From a virus: a DNA stretch of 64,000 nt. Positions 10,113-18,861 of the stretch are shown piece after piece. The number at the start of each line of letters is the position of its first letter. Within the stretch, counting starts at the first letter, position 1. The notes under the pieces were generated by a model. The model ran no database searches. It worked only from the letters and a program-made list of their open reading frames with translations, and was not told where the DNA came from. The position numbers and the translations under genes are program-made. The stretch is from positions 32,001 through 96,000 of IMG/VR virus record IMGVR_UViG_3300020421_002402; one strand, given 5' to 3'.

Positions 10113-10370
10113 TTATTTGGATTTTTTTAGTTTAGCAACTTGTTTTTCAAGGTCTACAATTCTTTTTGCAAGTAATGGATACTGTGCTAACCATTTCTCT
10201 TCTCTACTAGCAATTTCGATGTCATATCTTTTTGCTACCCACTCCATAGTGTTGTCCATTTTTACTTGGAACCATACACCTACTTTTGTGTTTTTAAACC
10301 ATTGATAGAAACTACTGCCTATAATACTCGATAGAATACTTTTTAATGTTAAAATGAATAACCAATGCAT
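10113..10370 (-). CDS. hypothetical membrane-associated protein
   Basis: Hydrophobic N-terminus; abuts upstream gene. Confidence 0.65.
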   Translation of the reverse strand: MHWLFILTLKSILSSIIGSSFYQWFKNTKVGVWFQVKMDNTMEWVAKRYDIEIASREEKWLAQYPLLAKRIVDLEKQVAKLKKSK

Positions 10371-11486
10371 TTACTTTCCTTTGGTGTTGCTAACGTTCTT
10401 AGCCTTACCTTTTCTATTTTTATTAGGATCTTTCCTACGTTTTTTACTAACTGCGGAACCAATGGCTTTTTTACCACCTTTGGCTCTTAGGCTTGCGGCT
10501 TTTGATTTGCTCAAACATTTAGGTTTGCCTTCACCTTTTTTGCTGTCACCACACTTACCAATTCTTTCACCTTTGGTATTGTAACGGTCCCAGCCTCCGC
10601 CTCCAGCACCACCTTTTTTGCCTTTGCCAAACCAAGCACGTAGGTTATCGTTTAATTCTTGTTTTCTGTTAGCAAGGTCTTCTTCAATGCCATTTAATAA
10701 TGCATTAAAGTCTTGTGCAAACTCTAAAGTTTCATTTACTTTCATCTTTTCAAGTTTGTTTCTTAAATCTTTTATATCTGCTTCTAAGTCATACATTCTA
10801 AACTTATTAACTTTATCCATCATACCATCAAGTTCAGGATGAAATTTCATAGTAACTACTTTAGCATCTTTCTTTACAGACTTGCCGTCTACTAATACTT
10901 CTACTTCAAACGGTACATGCTTTTCATACCAGTATGCCATATCGTAACCACCGTCATCTAATAGTGTTACTAAAAGTCCTCTATCATAATCTTCGTCTTC
11001 TGCTTTGAGAACTTTCATTTCGTCTCTTGGCAATGTAAGTGCAATATTTCTGTCACCTGATGTAACTTCTTCTTCCTCATTAAAAATTGATTCATTCTTA
11101 ACACAATTAGGTACACGTTTGCCAAACATTGTTTTCATGCCTTTCTTCTTGTAACCTTTCCAGCATTTTTCAACTATTGCTTCTACAAGGTCTGGGTCTA
11201 ATTCGATTGGAGTAAATTGTTGCATTAAATCAACTATGTCTGAATCGTGGTCTAATATTTTATGGTCCTGACTGATAATAAGTGCTTCGCTATCATCGTA
11301 TCCGTGATTTTCACCACTTAAAATATGCATGCCATTACTTAATTCAATATGGTCATCTTGATTGACCCATCTAGATATTGCACTTTCTACTTCGTCGTGT
11401 GGTATTTTCCATTCTTTTTTAAATGCACCAGGCTCTGCCAGTTGAGTGACATTGTCTTCTGCTTGATATACTTCAAATAAACGCAT
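10371..11486 (-). CDS. modular phage protein with CWKGY..VPNCV and basic Cys-containing C-terminal modules
   Basis: CWKGYKKKGMKTMFGKRVPNCVK; LRAWFGKG..GWDRY..KCG..KPKCL. Confidence 0.75.
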   Translation of the reverse strand: MRLFEVYQAEDNVTQLAEPGAFKKEWKIPHDEVESAISRWVNQDDHIELSNGMHILSGENHGYDDSEALIISQDHKILDHDSDIVDLMQQFTPIELDPDLVEAIVEKCWKGYKKKGMKTMFGKRVPNCVKNESIFNEEEEVTSGDRNIALTLPRDEMKVLKAEDEDYDRGLLVTLLDDGGYDMAYWYEKHVPFEVEVLVDGKSVKKDAKVVTMKFHPELDGMMDKVNKFRMYDLEADIKDLRNKLEKMKVNETLEFAQDFNALLNGIEEDLANRKQELNDNLRAWFGKGKKGGAGGGGWDRYNTKGERIGKCGDSKKGEGKPKCLSKSKAASLRAKGGKKAIGSAVSKKRRKDPNKNRKGKAKNVSNTKGK

Positions 11487-12142
11487 TACTTTTTCTTCTT
11501 TTTAGAGTTGCCCCAATTAGCCGCACCTTTTTTTCTGCATTGTACTAATGCACCACTGGCGTAGGCACTGGGCCAAACTTTATATCTAGATTTTACTTTG
11601 TGATAGCAGGCATCTTTTTTACCTGCCGCTTCGTCAAATTCTTCTTCTGTCATTATTTGACGTACTTCCCAAACATTTTTCATTTCTTCCTCTAAAGGAG
11701 TTAATTGAAATCTTCCATCTGGTTTGTTATGATATCTTGGTCTAGCATCTTTCTTAACAAGTTTTGCTAAATGTTTTAACAATTTGTCATCTTCTTGTGC
11801 TTCGTCTTTTAATTTTTTTAGAATGGAATCTATTATTGCTGATTTTGATGCAACAAATTCTCCTTCATCAAAATTAAAACTTTTTAATTCTTGCTTTTGT
11901 TTTTTTCTATCGTAATCTTTTGGTGACTTGTGAGCACCAGCACCACTCATATTGCGTGAGTTCTTTGCTACTGGATTATTTAGTTTAGGCATTTTAGGTT
12001 TTTTCTTTTGCTCGCCTACTAGTTTGCCTTGAAAAGGATGTGGACTTTCATGTCCCATGTTAGGTTTAATTAACTTAGGTTTTTTGCTAGTTGCTTTAAC
12101 TTGTTTCTTTTTGCCTTCTACTATAAAGTCTGTTAGTTTCAT
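11486..12142 (-). CDS. basic phage protein with KKDACYHKVK..WPSAYASG module
   Basis: C-terminal module recalled from phage proteins; family name uncertain. Confidence 0.7.
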   Translation of the reverse strand: MKLTDFIVEGKKKQVKATSKKPKLIKPNMGHESPHPFQGKLVGEQKKKPKMPKLNNPVAKNSRNMSGAGAHKSPKDYDRKKQKQELKSFNFDEGEFVASKSAIIDSILKKLKDEAQEDDKLLKHLAKLVKKDARPRYHNKPDGRFQLTPLEEEMKNVWEVRQIMTEEEFDEAAGKKDACYHKVKSRYKVWPSAYASGALVQCRKKGAANWGNSKKKKK

Positions 12143-12510
12143 CGTCTTTTCTCATATTCTAAATCTTCTAAATCCATTTCAAGTTCATCAATTTTGGTTG
12201 TTACATCTCTGTACTTGTCTGCAAATACTTCTTCCATTTCATATACTGCAGACTCTAATTGATTTCTTGCATCACGTACTTTGCTTTCGTAATAGTCCAA
12301 CTCTCTTTCATCGATGCCAAGTTTTTCTGCAAGTCCATTTAAACCAATCATTATTTCACTTGTTGTGTTTTCGTACTTGATTGCTTTAGTGATATCTCTT
12401 GCTTCTTGTTGTGCAAATTCTAACTTATCAGCAATAGGCTCAAGCCTTTTCAACTCTGCTTTTATTTCTTCTTCGTTTTGCTCTTGAACTATTACTTCAT
12501 TAAGTTTCAT
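12139..12510 (-). CDS. coiled-coil acidic protein
   Basis: Heptad-like, overlapping stop/start with neighbours. Confidence 0.7.
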   Translation of the reverse strand: MKLNEVIVQEQNEEEIKAELKRLEPIADKLEFAQQEARDITKAIKYENTTSEIMIGLNGLAEKLGIDERELDYYESKVRDARNQLESAVYEMEEVFADKYRDVTTKIDELEMDLEDLEYEKRR

Positions 12511-12956
12511 TACACTTCCTCTAATCTCTTCATTAATCTTTCTGCTCTATTAGTAACTTGTTTGTGCCAACGTGAATCTCTGCCTTCAACTGCGGCTTCT
12601 TTCCAGTTACTTTCTAATATAGCGGCATGCATTTTTTTAAATTTGCTTAATCTTGTTCTACCCATATTGAACATCATATTAACCAGGATCTGCTGGACTT
12701 CGTCAGGTAGTTCTCCAAAACGCCCTGCTTCGTATAAAAGTTCACACTCGGCGATGGCAATATCAAGGTCTCGTTCGAAACATGACCTGACACGTTCTTC
12801 GTCAACTGGAGTTCCAATTGGTTTTCCGTGTTCCGGATCACTCTCCTGGACAAGGTGACCGACTCCAAAGGTTGCGTACCCAAGATGGTCGTTATAGAGT
12901 TCATAAACTACTCCTTCATCAATTTTAAGTTGTTCAAATACTGCTTGTCTATTCAT
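12510..12956 (-). CDS. T4-type lysozyme (GH24)
   Basis: IDEG..YNDHLGYATFGVGHL, NMMFNMG, DSRWHKQV.NRA. Confidence 0.9.
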   Translation of the reverse strand: MNRQAVFEQLKIDEGVVYELYNDHLGYATFGVGHLVQESDPEHGKPIGTPVDEERVRSCFERDLDIAIAECELLYEAGRFGELPDEVQQILVNMMFNMGRTRLSKFKKMHAAILESNWKEAAVEGRDSRWHKQVTNRAERLMKRLEEV

Positions 12957-13013
12957 ATTATTTCCAATTCCAAATAATTTATATGTGTATTTATCTGATT
13001 AAGGTATTTTGCC

Positions 13014-13040
13014 AAAAAAAAGCACACCCGAAGGTGTGCT
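13014..13040 (-). terminator. intrinsic terminator, UUCG loop
   Basis: Minus strand AGCACACC-TTCG-GGTGTGCT followed by T7. Confidence 0.85.
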
Positions 13041-13062
13041 CTTTTAAATTCATTTCTACTTA

Positions 13063-13650
13063 CTATGAAGCAACTGAGCCGTAATCTCTAGCAATATTAC
13101 TTGTAATACCTGCCGCAACAATTACGATTGCTGTAATAACTGCTGTACCACTACTGGCACTACCTGCCGTGATAGTCGCCTTTACATCTGTTGCTGAGGT
13201 GTAAATGTGTTGATGAGTACTTTGAAATTGGAATGTTTGCGTCATATCAGCATCACCGGTTCCAAAGTGTCTATCAGTATCACTATCATCTCCAACAATT
13301 ACAGTTGTTGTGTCATCAGCACTTACCCAAGGACTACCAACATCAATATTGACACTATAAATCATAGAGTCTGCTGGTGCAGTGAATAGTGTTGTAGTAC
13401 CCGTATTATATTGTACTTCTGTACTAACATATTGTGCAACTGTTTGAGTAGCACTATCAAATTGTCCTTTTGTAAAGAATGCAGTAGCCTGGGTTGCATC
13501 TGCACCCTTAACTTCAACGAGAGTAGAACCGTCATTGTCAGTGAATGTAAATTCGTTATCTGTGGTGTTTGTGAGAAGTTTTAATCCGCGTTTTCCGAAC
13601 TGCACTAAATTAGCGATGCCCTTCAAACCAAAATTGTTTACGTCTGCCAT
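13063..13650 (-). CDS. putative virion structural protein
   Basis: Thr/Ser/Gly-rich; shares modules with 59438..60505 and 60505..63132; late motif at ~13698. Confidence 0.65.
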   Translation of the reverse strand: MADVNNFGLKGIANLVQFGKRGLKLLTNTTDNEFTFTDNDGSTLVEVKGADATQATAFFTKGQFDSATQTVAQYVSTEVQYNTGTTTLFTAPADSMIYSVNIDVGSPWVSADDTTTVIVGDDSDTDRHFGTGDADMTQTFQFQSTHQHIYTSATDVKATITAGSASSGTAVITAIVIVAAGITSNIARDYGSVAS

Positions 13651-13713
13651 GTGGTTACTCCAAATTATAATCGATTATTGTAGTTTCCTACTACACATAT
13701 TTATCGAAAGTTG

Positions 13714-13742
13714 TTGACATTGACTACTTTATATCGTATAAT
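13714..13742 (+). promoter_or_regulatory. sigma70 promoter, leaderless uvsE
   Basis: TTGACA-17-TATAAT, ATG 6 nt downstream. Confidence 0.8.
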
Positions 13743-13748
13743 ATCAGC

Positions 13749-14801
13749 ATGTTTGATCCTAATGTAAAAAGAATTGGCTTTTGTTGTAAGTATATGGACC
13801 CTGACCAGAGTCAGAAACCTAAACTTCTCAAGGAGATACAGCAAAATTACACAGAACGCATGACAACTATTACTTGGCTTGATAGACAAGAAAAGTCTGT
13901 AGCAGAAGAACGTATGCTTGAACTTGTTACTCATAACATGCAGGCGGCATACAATCTTGTAGAATTGGTAAGCAAACTTCCAGCAGAACGTAGAATGGTT
14001 AGGCTAGGCAGTAATCAATTGCCAGGTGCTACACAAGAAGATTGGAAATACATGTGGCAAGACCCTACTAATATTAAAATGCTAGAAGAAGGCTTTGCTA
14101 AAGTGGGGAAACTTGCTAGAGATAAAGATGTTCGTATTAGTTTTCATCCTGGGCAGTTTTGTGTACTTGCTAGTGATAAGCCTGATGTAGTAGAACGTAG
14201 TTTAGACGAGTTCGAGTATCATGCTAACATGGCACGTTGGATGGGGTATGGTAAAGAGTTCATGGACATGAAACTCAATATACACATATCTGGACGTCAA
14301 GGAGCACAAGGTATTATAAATATACTACCTAAATTATCACCTGAGGCTCGTAACACTATTGCAATCGAAAATGATGAGATGTGTCACGGACTCGATGAAT
14401 CATTAAAATTGGAGAAACATTTGGCATTGGTGTTGGACATACATCACCATTGGATTAGAGATGAAGAATATATACAAGCAAATGATGACCGTGTTAAAAG
14501 GGTCATTGATAGTTGGCGCGGTGTTAGGCCTACTTTACATTACAGTTACAGCAGAAATGAATGGCTGGATCAATCAAGCAGAATTGATGAAGGAAACAGG
14601 CATGATTCCTTACATTCCATATCTGACCTTTTAGAGTCTGGTGCTAAGAAACAAAAACTTAGAGCACATTCAGATTTTTACCCTAATGAAAAAGTTAATG
14701 AATGGGCATTGAGTTTCTTTGATAATTTTGACATTCAATGCGAAGCAAAGGCTAAGAATTTAGCCAGTGAAGAATTATACCTGCAATATATAAACACATA
14801 A
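13749..14801 (+). CDS. uvsE: UV damage endonuclease (UVDE)
   Basis: RIGFCC, RISFHPGQF, NIH, IENDE, VLDIHHHW, LHYS, RAHSD, CEAKAK. Confidence 0.9.
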   Translation: MFDPNVKRIGFCCKYMDPDQSQKPKLLKEIQQNYTERMTTITWLDRQEKSVAEERMLELVTHNMQAAYNLVELVSKLPAERRMVRLGSNQLPGATQEDWKYMWQDPTNIKMLEEGFAKVGKLARDKDVRISFHPGQFCVLASDKPDVVERSLDEFEYHANMARWMGYGKEFMDMKLNIHISGRQGAQGIINILPKLSPEARNTIAIENDEMCHGLDESLKLEKHLALVLDIHHHWIRDEEYIQANDDRVKRVIDSWRGVRPTLHYSYSRNEWLDQSSRIDEGNRHDSLHSISDLLESGAKKQKLRAHSDFYPNEKVNEWALSFFDNFDIQCEAKAKNLASEELYLQYINT

Positions 14802-14825
14802 ATTGACTCCGGAGTCTTTTTGTGT

Positions 14826-14923
14826 TGACTGTTTGGGGAACACCGAGTTCCTTTTCTATCTATCACATCTTAATGAGCGGTGAAATACTTAATGTTGTCA
14901 ACTGGTTCATTACCAAACAGTTG
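14826..14923 (+). ncRNA. candidate three-way-junction RNA
   Basis: TGACTGTTTGG/CCAAACAGTTG closing stem; GGAAC/GTTCC and TAATGAGC/GTTCATTA arms; strand inferred from G-U pairs. Confidence 0.5.
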
Positions 14924-15003
14924 CTAATATTTAATCGTTTGCTAGAAAAGTATGTTGAAATAGTGTATTTTGAGTAAATATTGGTGTTAAAAGGAGTTTT
15001 AAT

Positions 15004-15357
15004 TTGACTTATGTAGTAAAGGGTGAATGCGTAGATTGTAAACATACTACCTGTGTGAAAGTGTGTCCTGTTGACTGTTTCCATGAAGGTGAAAATACAG
15101 TTGTTATAGACCCAGACGTCTGTATCGATTGTGCTATCTGTGAACCTGAATGCCCAGTAAATGCTATTGTGTCAGACAGAAAACTTGAAACAGAATCAGA
15201 CCAAGAGTGGCTAAAGTTTAACACAGACATGAGTAAAGAATGGCCCGTAATAACCAAAGTAAAAGACCCCTTACCTACTTACGAAGAAGCGGCTAATTAT
15301 ACCGATGATGAAAATTGGAGTAAAGTGAGTAGAATACCAGCCAAGCAAATCGATTAA
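15004..15357 (+). CDS. fdxA: 7Fe ferredoxin (FdxA type), TTG start
   Basis: TYVV..CVDCK.T.CVKVCPVDCF.EG..IDPDVCIDCAICEPECP; AAGGAG RBS. Confidence 0.9.
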   Translation: MTYVVKGECVDCKHTTCVKVCPVDCFHEGENTVVIDPDVCIDCAICEPECPVNAIVSDRKLETESDQEWLKFNTDMSKEWPVITKVKDPLPTYEEAANYTDDENWSKVSRIPAKQID

Positions 15358-15395
15358 ATAAGTTCAAATACGCCAAAAAAACAGGCACAAAATAC

Positions 15396-15424
15396 TTGAC
15401 ATATCACCTTAATGTTAGTATAAT
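15396..15424 (+). promoter_or_regulatory. sigma70 promoter
   Basis: TTGACA-17-TATAAT. Confidence 0.8.
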
Positions 15425-15455
15425 ATATGTATATTTTAAATAAGGAGAGGGGAGT

Positions 15456-16001
15456 ATGGAAACATTATACGCAGTATTAACATCCATGATGTTAAGTTAT
15501 GCACCCTACAATGCTACAGACGTTCTTATTGATAGAGACGAAGCATTTTGTTTAGCACAAAATGTTTACCACGAAGCCAAAGGTGAAAACCTAGCAGGTA
15601 AATCAGCAGTTGCTCATGTAACTCTAAACAGAGTTGCACATGAAAAATATCCTAACACTATATGTGGTGTTACAAAACAAGCAAAGTATAGAACCAATTG
15701 GAGAGGAAATGAAACACCTATCATAGGTATGTGTCAATTCAGTTGGTACTGTGATGGCAAATCTGACGACATACAAATTGTTTATAGAAAAAGTTATCCA
15801 GGAAAACCTATTGGTCCTAATATGGAAGCCTGGAAACAAAGTGTTCAAGTTTCTTTATTGGCAATGTATGGCACAACAATAGATCCAACAAGTGGTGCAA
15901 CACATTATTATAATCATAATATCAGTCAGCCAACTTGGGGTCAGGTATATCCAGTTGTTGCAGTTCTAAGCAATCATACTTTCTTAGTTAGGAACGATTA
16001 A
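15456..16001 (+). CDS. cell wall hydrolase (SleB/Hydrolase_2)
   Basis: CLAQNVYHEAKGE, V.LNRV, CQFSWYCDG, GATHYY, HTF. Confidence 0.9.
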   Translation: METLYAVLTSMMLSYAPYNATDVLIDRDEAFCLAQNVYHEAKGENLAGKSAVAHVTLNRVAHEKYPNTICGVTKQAKYRTNWRGNETPIIGMCQFSWYCDGKSDDIQIVYRKSYPGKPIGPNMEAWKQSVQVSLLAMYGTTIDPTSGATHYYNHNISQPTWGQVYPVVAVLSNHTFLVRND

Positions 16002-16048
16002 AACAGTATATTAAGATAAATACTCTTGTAGGAAACACAGGAGTAATT

Positions 16049-16507
16049 ATGTACGAGTATAGATGTAAAGTCATCAGAGTAATTGATGGCGACACGGTTG
16101 ACGTGGACATAGATTTAGGTTTTGATATTATGCTCAGAGACGAAAGAGTTCGTATCATGGGTATAGACACACCAGAAAGTAGAACCAGAGATAAAGTTGA
16201 AAAGAAATTTGGTTTGGCAAGTAAAGTTAGATTAAAAGAACTTATTGGTGGAAAGTCAGGACCAATTCTCAAAACACAGATTAATAAAAAAGGCGAAGAT
16301 ATGCGAGGTAAGTTTGGACGTATATTAGGTGACTTTGTTACTGATGATGGCAGACTTGTTACTGACATATTAGTTGAAGAAGGACATGCAGTTGCATACT
16401 TCGGAGGCAGTAAAGAAGAAATACAAGACAAGCATATGGCTAATCGTAAAAAATTAATCAGAGAAGGTCTTGTTGATGTAACTTTGGAAGAAGCCGGAAT
16501 TCAATAA
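16049..16507 (+). CDS. thermonuclease (SNase-like)
   Basis: RVIDGDTVD, RVRIMGIDTPES, GKFGRILG. Confidence 0.85.
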   Translation: MYEYRCKVIRVIDGDTVDVDIDLGFDIMLRDERVRIMGIDTPESRTRDKVEKKFGLASKVRLKELIGGKSGPILKTQINKKGEDMRGKFGRILGDFVTDDGRLVTDILVEEGHAVAYFGGSKEEIQDKHMANRKKLIREGLVDVTLEEAGIQ

Positions 16508-16565
16508 AAAATAGGTTGACATTTCATAACTATTCTGTATAATACAAATATTACAGGATAGAAGT

Positions 16566-16862
16566 ATGCTTATTGAAGTTATTAAAGAAAACGAAGTTGT
16601 TAGTTGCAGACTTACAACAGGCGAAGAATTAGTCGCACGACTAAAAAAAGACAGACGAGATAAAGACAATCTCGTGGAATTATCACAACCCCTCATAGTT
16701 GGTAGAAGTGCAGAAGGCTTTGGACTTATGCCATATATGATGACAGTCAATCCAGAATCCACAGTAACTATTAAGATGGAACATATTTTGAGTATGGCTA
16801 AGACTAATGATGAAATAAGTAAAGGCTACACAAAACAAACAAGCAAAATAGAGACATTATAA
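16566..16862 (+). CDS. Sm-like fold phage protein (putative)
   Basis: VSCRLTTGEELVARL..LSQP..LMPY; promoter TTGACA-16-TATAAT 16516-16543. Confidence 0.5.
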   Translation: MLIEVIKENEVVSCRLTTGEELVARLKKDRRDKDNLVELSQPLIVGRSAEGFGLMPYMMTVNPESTVTIKMEHILSMAKTNDEISKGYTKQTSKIETL

Positions 16863-17332
16863 TGGTAAACAAAAGATTTTATTCAGGAAAAACTTATTCA
16901 CATGCAACTGGACATAGTTGTGCATTTAGACAATGGCGAGCAGACAGCCATTGTAATTTAATACATGGATATGCATTACAGTTTGAACTTAAATTTGGTG
17001 GCGAACTAGATGATAGGAATTGGATTGTAGACTTTGGTGGACTAAAGCCACTGAAAGAATGGTTGAAGTATATGTTCGACCACACATATCTAGTTGCAGA
17101 AGATGATCCAGAATTAGAAACAGTCAAAATGTTACAAGAGAAAAATCTTATTGACATGAGACTTTTACCAGCAGTTGGTTGCGAACGTTTTGCAGAGCAA
17201 GTATTTGACTATGCACAAAACTTAGTTGATGAATTAACTGATGGTAGATGTTGGGTACAAGAAGTTACAGTTAGAGAACATGAACACAATTCTGCGACAG
17301 TAGAACGTAATGACCATCAAAAAGTTGTTTAA
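16862..17332 (+). CDS. queD: 6-carboxytetrahydropterin synthase (QueD/PTPS)
   Basis: HSCAFRQ, HCNLIHGY, VDFGGLK, FDH, GCE, VREH. Confidence 0.85.
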   Translation: MVNKRFYSGKTYSHATGHSCAFRQWRADSHCNLIHGYALQFELKFGGELDDRNWIVDFGGLKPLKEWLKYMFDHTYLVAEDDPELETVKMLQEKNLIDMRLLPAVGCERFAEQVFDYAQNLVDELTDGRCWVQEVTVREHEHNSATVERNDHQKVV

Positions 17333-17352
17333 AAAATAAATTAAAACATAAT

Positions 17353-17377
17353 AGAACCCCCTGTTTTGGGGGTTTTG
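17353..17377 (+). terminator. intrinsic terminator
   Basis: AACCCCC-TGTTTT-GGGGGTT then TT. Confidence 0.6.
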
Positions 17378-17445
17378 TACATTAACAGGATAGTTTATGT
17401 AATCAGTATTGTTTAATTGGTTACGAAAATACGATAAATATTGGT

Positions 17446-18861
17446 ATGCTATTCGGTATATTCACATTAATAACAGCCTTAGCCATTGCCGGAGTTGCGG
17501 CATGGTTTTCCATTGAAGGACTAATGGCAATTTTCAGTGCCTCAGCACTTCCTATTGCAATAATGGCTGGAACACTTGAAGTTGGTAAGTTACTTACTGC
17601 AAGTTGGCTGTATAGATATTGGCATGAAACTTCATTGCTATTAAAAACATACTTGTCCATAGCCGTGGTTGTTTTGATGTTAATCACAAGTATGGGTATC
17701 TTTGGATATCTATCTAAAGCACACTTGGACCAAGCAGGTGAAACAGGTGATGCTTTTGCAACAGTAGAAAGAATAGATGGACAAATACAAAGAGAAGAAA
17801 ACAAAATTGCACTACTCGAAGATAGAATATTAGGAGTAGGTGGTAGTATAGATGTTTCCGAAAGTATTAAACAACAAGAAGAAATAAGAGATGGTGCTTG
17901 GGCAAGAGTTCAAGGTGATATAGATTATGCAAATGGTCAAATAGATAGATTAAGAGACCAACTAGCAGTATTAGACAAAGCAGTAAATGACCTTAGAGAG
18001 AAAGGTGTTGAAGTTGTAACACTAGATGAAGGTGGTGCTTTTAGACAAGCAGAAACTGAAAAGATTGATTATGTAGCACAGGCAAATGAATTATTTGCAC
18101 AACAAAAAGAACAACGAGACGAAATTAGAGCAGATATACAAGTTCAACAAGACAACATTGACAAGTATAGAGCACAGGCACAGAAAACAATTGATGATGC
18201 CAATGCTGAAATTAATAAATTAAGAAATCAAAACAGCAGTCAACAAGATGAAAACATCATAAAGATAGATGAATACAATACACAAATTGATAGTATATTT
18301 GATAATATTGTAATATTAAAAGATGAAAAGTTTGAAGCAGAAAGTATTGTACGAAACTTAGAAAAAGAAGTAGGTCCTATTAAGTATGTTGCACAATTAA
18401 TATATGGCGACGATACAGAAAGTTATTTGGATCAAGCAGTAAGACTGTTTATTTTAATGCTAGTGTTTGTATTCGATCCACTAGCAGTTGTATTAATCAT
18501 AGCCGCTAACCAAACATTATTACGTTATGGCATTAACTTGGAAAAAACAGGACCTGATTTAAGAGACCAATTAAAAGACGATAGTCCTCCAGATTTACCA
18601 AGACAACCTAGTCCACCAAGTGCGGTTGATGATGCGGCAGATGTTATGTCAGGTTATAAACAACCTGCACCTATAATTGTAGAAAAAGAAGTTATCAAAG
18701 AAGTACCAGTAGAAGTCATTAAGGAAGTAGAAAAAGAAGTTGTTGTTGAAAAAGAAGTTGAAGCAGAAATAGATTTGAGTACACCTCCTGCTATTAAAGA
18801 ATTGGAAAAACGACTAGCAAAGAAACTGAAAAAAGATGGCAAAAAAGAAGATAACAGTTAA
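17446..18861 (+). CDS. membrane protein with long coiled coil and VEKE repeats
   Basis: 3 N-terminal TMs, LEVGKL, EVGPIKY, VFDPLAV. Confidence 0.8.
   Translation: MLFGIFTLITALAIAGVAAWFSIEGLMAIFSASALPIAIMAGTLEVGKLLTASWLYRYWHETSLLLKTYLSIAVVVLMLITSMGIFGYLSKAHLDQAGETGDAFATVERIDGQIQREENKIALLEDRILGVGGSIDVSESIKQQEEIRDGAWARVQGDIDYANGQIDRLRDQLAVLDKAVNDLREKGVEVVTLDEGGAFRQAETEKIDYVAQANELFAQQKEQRDEIRADIQVQQDNIDKYRAQAQKTIDDANAEINKLRNQNSSQQDENIIKIDEYNTQIDSIFDNIVILKDEKFEAESIVRNLEKEVGPIKYVAQLIYGDDTESYLDQAVRLFILMLVFVFDPLAVVLIIAANQTLLRYGINLEKTGPDLRDQLKDDSPPDLPRQPSPPSAVDDAADVMSGYKQPAPIIVEKEVIKEVPVEVIKEVEKEVVVEKEVEAEIDLSTPPAIKELEKRLAKKLKKDGKKEDNS

Noticed and set aside
12674-12904. Nested ORF in the lysozyme gene as a spanin-like overlap
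   Set aside because: No lipobox or TM segment; locally higher GC explains the open frame
14826-14923. Hammerhead ribozyme
   Set aside because: Three-way junction lacks the CUGANGA/GAAA core on either strand
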